DNA of 64,000 nt from Elusimicrobiales bacterium. Its GTDB lineage: Bacteria > Elusimicrobiota > Elusimicrobia > Elusimicrobiales > UBA9959. Made by a program: the position numbers and the translations under genes. Below the pieces are notes generated by a model. The model was not told the origin of the DNA. It ran no database searches and saw only the letters and a list, made by a program, of their open reading frames with translations. The stretch is from NCBI GenBank assembly GCA_028713125.1, contig JAQTOU010000002.1, positions 142,583-206,582 of the forward strand, in the 5' to 3' direction. This document shows positions 7,723-15,966 of this stretch, in pieces (positions within the stretch are counted from its first letter, which is position 1; every line of letters starts with the position of its first letter).

Positions 7723-8991
7723 TCAGTTCATCGTCAGGGCGGCCCGGGTGTCGTTCGCGGGGATGTCGTCCGCGTTGACTTCTTCGGGGATGGTGTTCCC
7801 GTCCGTGTCCGTGACGCGTACCTGCAGCGTAAAGCCGCCGGGGGCCAGGTCCGAAAGGTCCAGGGTCGTATTGACTTCGCCTTTAAGCATCAGCTCGGGA
7901 GAAGCGGGGTCCGCGAGATCCACTTTACCGGCCTGGGGCGCGCCGCGTTCTTTCCCGTCCTGGTAGATGGTTATCGAATAGACAGCGTAGCGGGAGCGGT
8001 TATCCAGGACGGTGAATTTTACCGCGGCTTTCCTGCCTGCCGGCGTTACGGTCAGGCCTGACACCAGGGGCGGCAGCCGTTTGGAGGCGGATTTGAGAAC
8101 GCCCACCGTCGCGGCCCCGGCCATGGACAACTGTCGTACGCGTATTTCCGGGCTGTCGGTGACCTGCGTGTTATTATTTCCGCCGTCCGAGTTCGTTTGA
8201 TCGGTATGGGTATACGAATCCCCGTCCGGACCGTAGCTGCCCCAGGGGCCGAAAGTGGCGTCCTGGCCTGGCGGGGGGGAATTTTTTGCGGGGACCCAGT
8301 AGGGCTTCCCCGTCCTGGGGTTCACCCAGGAGGAAAGGTGCTTGCGCGTTTCGTCCTGCAGGTCCTGGTAATACTCGTAGGGCTTCATCTGGCCTTCGTC
8401 GCGGGAAGCCGTTATTTTTACCTTATTGCCGTCGGCGGCATAGCCCTCGAAGCCGTCGTTGGTGGAATGGCGTATATTGGCGGCGTGGGTCGGGGTGGCC
8501 TGGTCCTGCGTGAGGTGGCAGATGGTTCCCATCTTGGCGTAGGCTTCGGGGAACTTGAAGTGCTCGTAGTTCCAGAGCACCCCGCCGAGGGTGTAAGGGG
8601 CCTTCCCCTCCCAAAGCTCTTCCGGTTTTCCGCCATTGTTGATCTTCGCGTCCGGCAAATGCGCGCTTTCGTCATTGGTCCCGGTTAAAAGCATATCCTG
8701 GGCGCGGGCGATGTCGGAGAGTTCTTTGCCGTTCATGAAAGAGAGGGCTCCTTTCATTACGGCTTTATGCGCCGAGCCGAAAAAAGAGACGCTCCACCAT
8801 CTATCGCTGCCCGCCGGAGCAGCCGCCCCGGCAGGCGGAGGTAAGGGAGCCGCGATCTCCGCGCTGCCGAACTTCTCGCCCTTAAGCAGGCTTCCGATAT
8901 TTTGGATGTCTTTACCGAAATCGGCCGCGGACAGATTGCCCGCGGCGAAAGACGCCGCTGCCGTCAGTAAAATTTTAGCCGTTTTGTTCAT
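7723..8991 (-). CDS. Secreted zinc-dependent phospholipase C / P1-nuclease-superfamily-like protein with C-terminal Ig-like domain
   Basis: ATG at 8991 (the first 'M' of the track ORF is a TTG 3 nt upstream), with GGGAGG upstream. Signal peptide MNKTAKILLTAAASFAAGNLSA. WWSVSFFGSAHKAVMKG, ESAHLPD, ICHLTQDQATPTHAANI and HSTNDGFEGY line up with alpha-toxin zinc ligands W1/H11, H68/D, H126-D130-H136 and H148/E152. Confidence 0.6.
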   Translation of the reverse strand: MNKTAKILLTAAASFAAGNLSAADFGKDIQNIGSLLKGEKFGSAEIAAPLPPPAGAAAPAGSDRWWSVSFFGSAHKAVMKGALSFMNGKELSDIARAQDMLLTGTNDESAHLPDAKINNGGKPEELWEGKAPYTLGGVLWNYEHFKFPEAYAKMGTICHLTQDQATPTHAANIRHSTNDGFEGYAADGNKVKITASRDEGQMKPYEYYQDLQDETRKHLSSWVNPRTGKPYWVPAKNSPPPGQDATFGPWGSYGPDGDSYTHTDQTNSDGGNNNTQVTDSPEIRVRQLSMAGAATVGVLKSASKRLPPLVSGLTVTPAGRKAAVKFTVLDNRSRYAVYSITIYQDGKERGAPQAGKVDLADPASPELMLKGEVNTTLDLSDLAPGGFTLQVRVTDTDGNTIPEEVNADDIPANDTRAALTMN

Positions 8992-9239
8992 CAAGCCTCC
9001 CGGATAATCGTTCAGCCTTTATTGTAGCTATGTTCCCATCCCGGCCGGTACAGGCCTTGGACCTTTCATTTCCCGCTTAATGGCCCAGCGGGAAATAGGC
9101 CTTTCAGCCCGCTTTGCCCTTTAGTCCTATTTTGACGTAGGCCCTTTGAATTGATAAGTAAAGGACTTTGGCCCCTCGTGCGGCTTCGAACCAAATTCAT
9201 ACACTGCTTATGTAGTCAAGCAACCGGAGGAAAATATAA

Positions 9240-9929
9240 ATGAAAAGCTCAGCACTTATCGCGGTGTCGTCAATACTACTTCTTTCCGCCAGCAGCATCT
9301 TCGCCGCGGCCCCCAGGGCCGTGGACCAGCTGGCTCTCCAGGCCCCCAAACAGGAGGCCGCTATAGCGCCCGAACCCAAAGAGGGTGAAGTGGCGGTCGT
9401 GATCACCGAGAAAGGCCAGCCCGTCAGGACCATCTACTTCGAAGCCGACAAGGGAAACCCCTGGGTCGACGCGATCTTCGGCGGCGGCGGCAATAACGGG
9501 AATAACAACGGCAACAACGGCTGGAATAACGGGAACAACCACGGCAATAACGGCGGTTACGGCGGCTACGGCCGCGTCAACTGCGTCGCTTCCGACATGG
9601 GTTGGGAAGAGCACTGGGGCGGCCACGGCGCCGGGCCCAGCGAGATACGCGCCTGCCAGCAGTGCCTGTCTATACACGGCGACTGCCGCTACCAGTGTTC
9701 CATGGACCAGTTCCGCTGCACCGCGCAGTTCACCCCGGCGGCCCAGCCCGGCCAGCCCCAGGGCCCGACTTCCACTTATCCCGGCGACCTGCGCCAGGAC
9801 GAGGGTTCCGCCCGCGACAGCGCCACGCTGCGCTGCATGCAGTCCACGCAGGGCCAGCAGGGCTACTGCTCCATCCAGGCCTGCAACAGGGAAAGCCAGG
9901 TCGTTAACAGCGGCCGCTGCAGGAAATAG
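9240..9929 (+). CDS. Secreted protein with Gly/Asn-rich low-complexity segment and Cys-rich C-terminal domain
   Basis: GGAGG 9 nt upstream of the ATG. Signal peptide MKSSALIAVSSILLLSASSIFAAAP. GGGGNNGNNNGNNGWNNGNNHGNNGGYGGYG segment. Ten Cys in the last ~115 aa. No family recognised. Confidence 0.7.
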   Translation: MKSSALIAVSSILLLSASSIFAAAPRAVDQLALQAPKQEAAIAPEPKEGEVAVVITEKGQPVRTIYFEADKGNPWVDAIFGGGGNNGNNNGNNGWNNGNNHGNNGGYGGYGRVNCVASDMGWEEHWGGHGAGPSEIRACQQCLSIHGDCRYQCSMDQFRCTAQFTPAAQPGQPQGPTSTYPGDLRQDEGSARDSATLRCMQSTQGQQGYCSIQACNRESQVVNSGRCRK

Positions 9930-9952
9930 TTCTACACTAAAAGGTTGCGCGA

Positions 9953-9981
9953 CAAAGGGCGGGAATTATTCCCGCCCTTTG
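9953..9981 (+). terminator. Perfect 13-bp hairpin after the stop codon (terminator-like, no clean T-run)
   Basis: CAAAGGGCGGGAA / TTCCCGCCCTTTG with a 3-nt loop. Confidence 0.4.
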
Positions 9982-9994
9982 CCATTTAAGAAAT

Positions 9995-10028
9995 AAAAAA
10001 GCCGCCCGGCTTCCGGACGGCTTTTTTA
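9995..10028. terminator. Bidirectional Rho-independent terminator
   Basis: AAGCCGCCCGG / CCGGACGGCTT form a stem with 1 mismatch, flanked by AAAAAA and TTTTTT. It lies between convergent genes ending at 9929 and 10040. Confidence 0.75.
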
Positions 10029-10039
10029 TTTGCGGCCGT

Positions 10040-10972
10040 TTATTCGAGCTTTAATATTTCAAGGGTATTCCCCGCTATCCTGAAGCCGAAATCAGGCTCT
10101 ATTTCCGGATAGGCCACCCCGGCCGCGGTTATGTCCGCATGGTTAAGGAAATGGAAGCCGGGCACGCCGACGGGGGAGAGTATTATGACCAGCTTGTCAG
10201 AGAACCTGGCCCCGCTTTTCCCCTGGAGAAGCTCGTTGCCGTAGGCCATCTTATAGGTTTTGCCCAGCCTGAGGTCGGCGCCCTTGGCCCCGATCGCGTC
10301 GCCGAGCTGCTTCAGCGTGACGACAAAAACTTTCGCGCCGCCGCAGGTGATCTCCACTTTGCTGGAGGGGATGTCCGAGAGAACGGCATGGAGCTTGACG
10401 GTAAGCTCGTCGCCGCCGATATTGAGCGCCCTGGAGCCGCTCATGAACATCGCGTTTACGATATCGTTGGCCCTGATAAAGTAAGTCTCTTTGGCGCCCA
10501 CGTAAAGGAGCAGGAAGAACCTTTCTTTGTCGGCGCAGGACTGGCCGCCGTCGGGGCAGTTAGCGGCGGTGTAGGCGCTGAATTTAACCTCGGTCCCGTG
10601 CGGGGTGCGGAAGGACAGGCCGGAGTCTTTGTGCGCGTTGAGGAGCGAGTTCAGCTTGAAGGAATAAGCGACGGGCCCGAGGCGGCCCGGGGCGATGGCC
10701 GTGGCCGACTTGTCCCCGTCCCCGCGCAGCGGCTTGTACTTCGGGGCGTCTATAATGCTTCCGAGATACTTGAAGAACTTGTCCATTTTGGCGGCCTGCG
10801 CGGCGTTGGCGTCGGCGGCCGGGGAAGGGGCGGGCACAGGCGTTTCGTCGGCCTTGATAGAAGAGAGGGAGGATGATTTGTCCGCTCCTTTTTCAAGCCC
10901 GGCGGCGCTAAGCGTCCCGCAGGAAAAGGCCAGTAAAGCCGTTAATGCAAATATTCCTTTCAGGTGTTTCAT
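10040..10972 (-). CDS. Secreted hypothetical protein (310 aa)
   Basis: The internal ATG at 10972 (MKHLKGIFALTALLAFSCGTLSAAG signal peptide) is preceded by GGAG. The 30-aa upstream extension in the ORF track has no signal-peptide logic. No family recognised. Confidence 0.65.
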   Translation of the reverse strand: MKHLKGIFALTALLAFSCGTLSAAGLEKGADKSSSLSSIKADETPVPAPSPAADANAAQAAKMDKFFKYLGSIIDAPKYKPLRGDGDKSATAIAPGRLGPVAYSFKLNSLLNAHKDSGLSFRTPHGTEVKFSAYTAANCPDGGQSCADKERFFLLLYVGAKETYFIRANDIVNAMFMSGSRALNIGGDELTVKLHAVLSDIPSSKVEITCGGAKVFVVTLKQLGDAIGAKGADLRLGKTYKMAYGNELLQGKSGARFSDKLVIILSPVGVPGFHFLNHADITAAGVAYPEIEPDFGFRIAGNTLEILKLE

Positions 10973-11114
10973 GGTAGCTCCGTTATAAAAAGATATTTTA
11001 AATCCGCGCGCGGCGCCTTTGCCGCCTGCATATGGTATAGCAGACAAAATCCGGAAGCGCAACCCTCAAAGGGCCTGCCTTGCGGCGGTCTGCCGGCGGC
11101 ATGGAAACCGCGGA

Positions 11115-12230
11115 CTAGGAACTTTTAACCAGCGTTATGACGGGTATTTCAGCCGGCGCCAGCCAGCGCAGGGGGGGGCCCCAGGTTCCGGCGCCGGAGG
11201 TGACATAGAAAACGCTTTCGTTTATGCGGTACAGGCCGTAGAAGTAGTTGTAGAACAATTTAGTGAAGATATGGAAAGGAAAGATCTGGCCTTTATGCGT
11301 ATGCCCGGAAAAGACCAGGTATTTCCCGGCGGCGGCTATAGCCGGGTAAAACACGGGCTGGTGGGACATCACTATGGTGAATTCTCCGTTGCTGTTCCTT
11401 TTCAGCTGGTCCTTTACGTCGGCCTCGGTAAGGTGCTCGGTATGGATGTCGCCCAGGCCTATCAGGCGGAGTTTACCCATTACCTGCGCTTCGTTCCTGA
11501 GCAGCTTTATCCCGAAGGCCTTGTAGCAGTCCATCGACCGCTCCAGGCCGTAATAATATTCGTGGTTGCCCAGCGAGCCGAAAAGCCCCAGCCGGCTTTT
11601 TATTTTCCCGGTAAGCTCGGCAAGGCCCGTGGCGCAGGCTATGCCGGGGTCTATCAGGTCGCCGGTGACCAGGACCAGGTCCGGCCCGGCCGCGTTTATC
11701 TCGTCCACGATCCCGGAGAACTGGCGCAGCTTCCAGTTCGAGTCGATATGCATATCCGAGATCTGGGCTATCTTGAATCCTTCCAGCTCCGGCGGCAGGT
11801 CTTTGAACGGGATGGTCATTTCTTTTATGACCGGGACTTTCTGGCCGCCGTAAATGCCCCAGGCGGTTATGAGCGCGAGCAGGGCGAGCGTGGTATTGGC
11901 GAGCACCTGCGCCTGGAACCAGGGCAGGCGGCGCAGGGCGAGGGCCGCCAGGTCGGAGCAGGCGAAGATGAAGGCGGCCAGCATTATCAGGCCCATCCAG
12001 GCGTAGCCGGCCGCGTAGAGGCCTTCAAGCAGCGGGCCGTGGTGGTAGCGCTTGAGGAACATGGTGAAAGGGGAAAGAAAAGCGACGGCCAGGAGGGAGA
12101 GGCGCAGCCAGTGCGCGGCGGTCTGGCCCAGGGATAAGCTTCTTGCCAGCCACCTGGCCGAGTAAAAATGCAGGCCGATATAGGAAAAAATGAGGACCAG
12201 GAGCACGGGGAAGAAGTGATAGGTTTTCAT
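11115..12230 (-). CDS. Membrane-anchored metallophosphoesterase (calcineurin-like, YkuE/YaeI-type)
   Basis: Four N-terminal TM helices, then ISDMHID, VTGDLID, GNHEYY and FSGHTHKGQ. Confidence 0.85.
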   Translation of the reverse strand: MKTYHFFPVLLVLIFSYIGLHFYSARWLARSLSLGQTAAHWLRLSLLAVAFLSPFTMFLKRYHHGPLLEGLYAAGYAWMGLIMLAAFIFACSDLAALALRRLPWFQAQVLANTTLALLALITAWGIYGGQKVPVIKEMTIPFKDLPPELEGFKIAQISDMHIDSNWKLRQFSGIVDEINAAGPDLVLVTGDLIDPGIACATGLAELTGKIKSRLGLFGSLGNHEYYYGLERSMDCYKAFGIKLLRNEAQVMGKLRLIGLGDIHTEHLTEADVKDQLKRNSNGEFTIVMSHQPVFYPAIAAAGKYLVFSGHTHKGQIFPFHIFTKLFYNYFYGLYRINESVFYVTSGAGTWGPPLRWLAPAEIPVITLVKSS

Positions 12231-12263
12231 GTTTAGCGCTTTCTTAATTATATAATTTACCTG

Positions 12264-13145
12264 ATGAACATTACCCCGCTTGGCGCTATCTGGCTGAACG
12301 TCTGCATAAATTCTTTCATGCCGATACTAGGCTATTTCGCGGCCGGCAGGATCTCGGCGCCGCTTTTCGCGCTGGCCGGCTCGGCGCTCGGCTTCGCCTG
12401 TTTCGTGCCTTGGGCGTTTAAGAACGAGGCCTTCGCTCTTTATTTCAGGCGGGACCTGTGGCCGCGGCTTTTCGCCGTGGGTTTTTTCGGCAGCGCGCTG
12501 CCGATAGCGGCGCTGGTCACCGCGCTCAGGTATACGACGCCGGCGAACGCCGCTATCCTCGGCCAGGTGGAGGCGGTCTACACGGTCATACTCTCCAGGC
12601 TTTTTCTGAAAGAGAAAATTTCTTTAAGCCAGCTTTTCGGCACCGGCCTGGTGCTCGCCGGGACCCTGCTTATAGCTTTCAAGGAAAGGTTCACGCTCAG
12701 GTGGACCGGGGACCTTATCGTGCTGGCCGTGCCGCTTTTCTACCAGGTGTCTCACCTCTTCAGCAAGAAGCTCCCGAAGGAGCTGTCGCACGTCTTCGTG
12801 GCGTCGGCGCGCACGCTGTTCGCCACGCTCGGCATACTGCCAGTCTTTCTCCTGGGCTTTGTTATGCCGGTGGCTTCTTTTACGCCCAGCCTGGAGCTGC
12901 TTTGGATAATCCTTGCCTGGGGGCTGGTTCTGACCGCGCTGAACAATATACTCTGGTACAAAGCCATCCTTAACATGGACCTTTCGAAAGCTACGGCCAT
13001 AGTGCTTTCCTACCCGGTGCTGACGGCGCTGTTCTCGCACCTTTTCGGTATAGAAAAAATACAGGCCTACCAGCTTATAGGCCTGGGGCTGGCCCTCGCG
13101 GGAGCCTATTGGGTCACGCTTTTGGTCAGGCGACAGGAGGCCTAG
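12264..13145 (+). CDS. DMT-superfamily transporter (EamA domains)
   Basis: About ten hydrophobic helices in two EamA-like halves. 293 aa is the typical size. Confidence 0.75.
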   Translation: MNITPLGAIWLNVCINSFMPILGYFAAGRISAPLFALAGSALGFACFVPWAFKNEAFALYFRRDLWPRLFAVGFFGSALPIAALVTALRYTTPANAAILGQVEAVYTVILSRLFLKEKISLSQLFGTGLVLAGTLLIAFKERFTLRWTGDLIVLAVPLFYQVSHLFSKKLPKELSHVFVASARTLFATLGILPVFLLGFVMPVASFTPSLELLWIILAWGLVLTALNNILWYKAILNMDLSKATAIVLSYPVLTALFSHLFGIEKIQAYQLIGLGLALAGAYWVTLLVRRQEA

Positions 13146-13274
13146 CCGTTTTTTTATATTTGCTGTATAATATTTTTGGGTTTGAGGGTTATACTGATTT
13201 ACAAGGTTAGTATTTTTATTCCCGCCTGCCGCCAGGCCGGGAGATCGGTTTAACCGTACGCCGGGCTTAATACA

Positions 13275-13955
13275 ATGAAACTTGGTTCCTGTCCAAAGTG
13301 CGGAAGCCGGAAAGTCCGCACCGGAAAAATCTATCTCCTGCACCTCGCGCGCCTGGCGCCGGGCAGCCGGCGCCGGTACTGCCGAAATTGCCGCAGCCGC
13401 TGGATAGGGTCTGAGGCGGTCTTCCTGCCTTCGGCCAGGCTGGCCGGCATTCTGTTCCTGTGCGTCTCCGCGGCGCTGGCGCTGAATTATCTGAAGGAAG
13501 ATGGCTGGTTCGAACCGCAGCCCGGCTTGTCACATCCCGCCGGCCGGGATAACGCCTGGACCGTGACCACGGACTCTGACAGAATGGCCGGCGAGATACG
13601 GAATGTGATGAGAGGCGATGTGACCGGGGCTTACGGGCAGGCTCTCGGAGGGCGCAACGCGGGGGCGGGCGGCGGGCTGATACGCTGGAGAGAGGGGCAA
13701 CTGATGGAAGAGTATTCCGCCTACCTCCTTAGCGGTCGGGGGGAGGGGCCTCAAACCGGGCGATCCCAGGAGATGCTCGACCTTTTGCGGCGGCTGTCGG
13801 TAATAGGCAAGACCCCGCAGCAGGTCGCCAGGGAAGTCGATACCAGCGATAAACGGACGCTTTGGAACAAGTACGGCGGCAATTTCGCCTCGAAACAGGA
13901 CGCCAAGGCCGCGTACGACGATTTTCAGCGCCACCGCAGCGAGCTGCCTAAATAA
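13275..13955 (+). CDS. Hypothetical protein with N-terminal four-Cys ribbon and one TM helix
   Basis: CPKCGSRKV...CRNCRSRW, then LAGILFLCVSAALALNYL. The remainder is unrecognised. Confidence 0.55.
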   Translation: MKLGSCPKCGSRKVRTGKIYLLHLARLAPGSRRRYCRNCRSRWIGSEAVFLPSARLAGILFLCVSAALALNYLKEDGWFEPQPGLSHPAGRDNAWTVTTDSDRMAGEIRNVMRGDVTGAYGQALGGRNAGAGGGLIRWREGQLMEEYSAYLLSGRGEGPQTGRSQEMLDLLRRLSVIGKTPQQVAREVDTSDKRTLWNKYGGNFASKQDAKAAYDDFQRHRSELPK

Positions 13956-14008
13956 CAGCCCTAGATGCTTCTCTCGTAATAATTTACAGCACTGTATTAG
14001 AGGAAAAA

Positions 14009-15901
14009 ATGCCGCAAGCGGGGATCTTCAGTCCGGAACTTGAACTCACGAGAGGCGCGCTCTCGGGCGCCGTCGCCGGGGCCGCCGGAAGCGGGCTTAA
14101 ACACGCCGCTATCGCGGGGGAAACGGTTTTTGCCTGCTCCCCTGCCATGCCGCATGACGAGCACGGGCGCCGCTGCATCCCCTGCCTTTGCCGGCAGGGG
14201 TGTTCACCGGCCTGGCCCTACGCTTCGAAGGGCCTGCTTGTAGAGCTGGACGGGAATATCCTCAACCTGAAAGAGATGGTGGAAAGTCTTTATCCCGGGT
14301 CGGCGGCCGGCAAAAAGCCGGGCGAGCTACTGGTTATGCTTTACCGCGCGGAGGGAGAATTTCCGATCGGGAAACTTTTCGGCGACTTTACCCTGTCGGT
14401 CTACGACACGGTAGAAAAGAAACTGTTCCTTTACCGTAGCGGCTCCGGCTCGCGCCCTCTTTATTACGGGTTTGCCGGAGATTTTCTTGTCTGGGCTTCG
14501 GATATCGCGCTGCTCCGGGACCTTTTCGGCTTTAAGCTTGAGCTCGCCCCCGGGGCGGTAGACCTTTACCTGACCCTGAATTATATCCCCGCGCCGAACA
14601 CCGCTTATAAAGGCCTGTCGAAGCTCCGTATGGGCGAGATGCTGGTAAGCTGCGCCGATAAGCCCGCTTCGGCCCGGCTTTTTACCGTGCCGCCGGCGCC
14701 GCGCGCGTTTACCCTGGCCGCGGCGAAAAAAGAGGTAAGGAAAGGTTTGGGAGCGGCCGCAGCGCATGCCGCCGCTTCCGTGCCGCATTGCGCTTTCCTG
14801 CTCTCCGGGGGGCTGGATTCCTCCGCTATCGTCGCGGCCGCGAGCGAGTCCGTGCCCGGCAGGCTGAACACTATTTCCCTGACCTTCCCGGGCCAGGCGG
14901 AGAGCGAAGAGAACTTCTCCTCCCTGGTGGCCCGTAAATTCAGGACCAGGCACCTGTCGGTCCCTGTAAATCTCCCGTCCGAGGAAACCCTTTTCAAGCT
15001 GGCCGCCCGCTTCAACGAGCCCGTCTCCGACGACGCCGCGGTCCCGCTGTTCCAGGTCAACGAGCTCCTGGAAAAAGAGTTTTCCGGAGTTATCACCGGC
15101 ACGGGCGGGGACGAGCTCTTCGGCGGCCACGCCTGGCAGCCAGGGCTGATAGCGATCTTTTCGCGCCTTGAAAAAGAGGGCCTGTGGAGCGGGGCCTCCG
15201 GGGGCTTTCCCCCGGCCGCCGTAGCGGCGGAATACGGGCGCAATATGCTGCATTGCTCCCATTTTAAAAAAAGAACGCTTTACGCTCCCGGCTTCCTGTC
15301 CGCGCTCGGCCGGGGAGAAGACCCGGTGACCGCGCATCTCCGGAGCCTTATCGGGCGCTGCGCCGCCAAAGATATAACGAACATGGTGCTGGACTGCGAC
15401 ATGAAGTCTTTCCTGCCGGAATATCTTTTCATGAACGCTTACGCCGCTTTCGCGAGAAAGGGCCTCAAGGTCCTCGCCCCGTTCCTGTACGGGGACATGG
15501 TCTCCCTCGTCTCACCGCTGCCGGGCCGCTGGAAAATAAAGGGGCGCCTCCGGGAACAAAGCGGGCGCGGCCGGAAAACCGGGAATTTCAGGGGCAACGG
15601 GGATTGGCGCGCCGAAGGGCTGGTGCAGAAATATTTATTGCGGGAAGCCTTCCGGGACCTGCTCCCGCCGGAAATAACCGACCGGGGAAAGCGCGGCCTG
15701 ACCTGCCCTTACTCCGAGTGGCTAAGGAAAGACCTTAAACTGTTCTGGTATGAAAAAGTGATAGCTAAAGGTTTCCTGGCCGGCGCCTTCCTCGAGAAAA
15801 AAGCGCTGCAGGTTCTGTTCTACGAGCACCAGAGCGGAAAAGCGGACCACGGTTCCGAGATGTGGAACCTGCTGATGTTCGAGCTCTGGAAATCGCAATA
15901 G
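14009..15901 (+). CDS. Asparagine-synthase-family ATP-dependent amidoligase with degenerate (Cys-less) glutaminase domain
   Basis: GAGGA RBS. The N-terminus MPQAGIF replaces the canonical MCG(I)xGI. LDGNILN, FGDFTLSVYD and SGSRPLYYG are remnants of the GATase fold. Intact PP-loop FLLSGGLDSSAIV and TGTGGDELFGG. Confidence 0.8.
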   Translation: MPQAGIFSPELELTRGALSGAVAGAAGSGLKHAAIAGETVFACSPAMPHDEHGRRCIPCLCRQGCSPAWPYASKGLLVELDGNILNLKEMVESLYPGSAAGKKPGELLVMLYRAEGEFPIGKLFGDFTLSVYDTVEKKLFLYRSGSGSRPLYYGFAGDFLVWASDIALLRDLFGFKLELAPGAVDLYLTLNYIPAPNTAYKGLSKLRMGEMLVSCADKPASARLFTVPPAPRAFTLAAAKKEVRKGLGAAAAHAAASVPHCAFLLSGGLDSSAIVAAASESVPGRLNTISLTFPGQAESEENFSSLVARKFRTRHLSVPVNLPSEETLFKLAARFNEPVSDDAAVPLFQVNELLEKEFSGVITGTGGDELFGGHAWQPGLIAIFSRLEKEGLWSGASGGFPPAAVAAEYGRNMLHCSHFKKRTLYAPGFLSALGRGEDPVTAHLRSLIGRCAAKDITNMVLDCDMKSFLPEYLFMNAYAAFARKGLKVLAPFLYGDMVSLVSPLPGRWKIKGRLREQSGRGRKTGNFRGNGDWRAEGLVQKYLLREAFRDLLPPEITDRGKRGLTCPYSEWLRKDLKLFWYEKVIAKGFLAGAFLEKKALQVLFYEHQSGKADHGSEMWNLLMFELWKSQ

Positions 15902-15966
15902 CCCCTATCCTTCCCTGAAATCCGCCTGGCGCTATTTCTCCCGTCCGGGCGAGGGCGCTTTTATGT

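Noticed and set aside
9169-9181. Sigma54-type promoter (TGGCCCCTCGTGC; also TGGCCCTATTGC at 6626-6637)
   Set aside because: The GG-to-GC spacing is 8 and 7 nt instead of the required 10. The sites are kept only as part of the shared-block observation.
10973-11062. N-terminal extensions proposed by the ORF track (also 26436-26501, 31593-31688, 33995-34090, 54001-54039, 6939-6965)
   Set aside because: Downstream ATGs have proper RBS spacing and start the signal peptide or conserved N-terminus. The extensions use GTG/TTG or overlap upstream genes and promoters.
13500-13520. tRNA-like T-arm sequence GGTTCGAACC
   Set aside because: It lies inside a CDS. There are no acceptor, D or anticodon arms around it. 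No tRNA could be folded in any intergenic region of the window.
14009-15901. Lasso-peptide cyclase interpretation of the Cys-less AsnB paralog
   Set aside because: No transglutaminase-like leader peptidase, PqqD-like RRE, precursor-sized ORF or dedicated ABC exporter is adjacent. It is kept only as one of several possible analogies.
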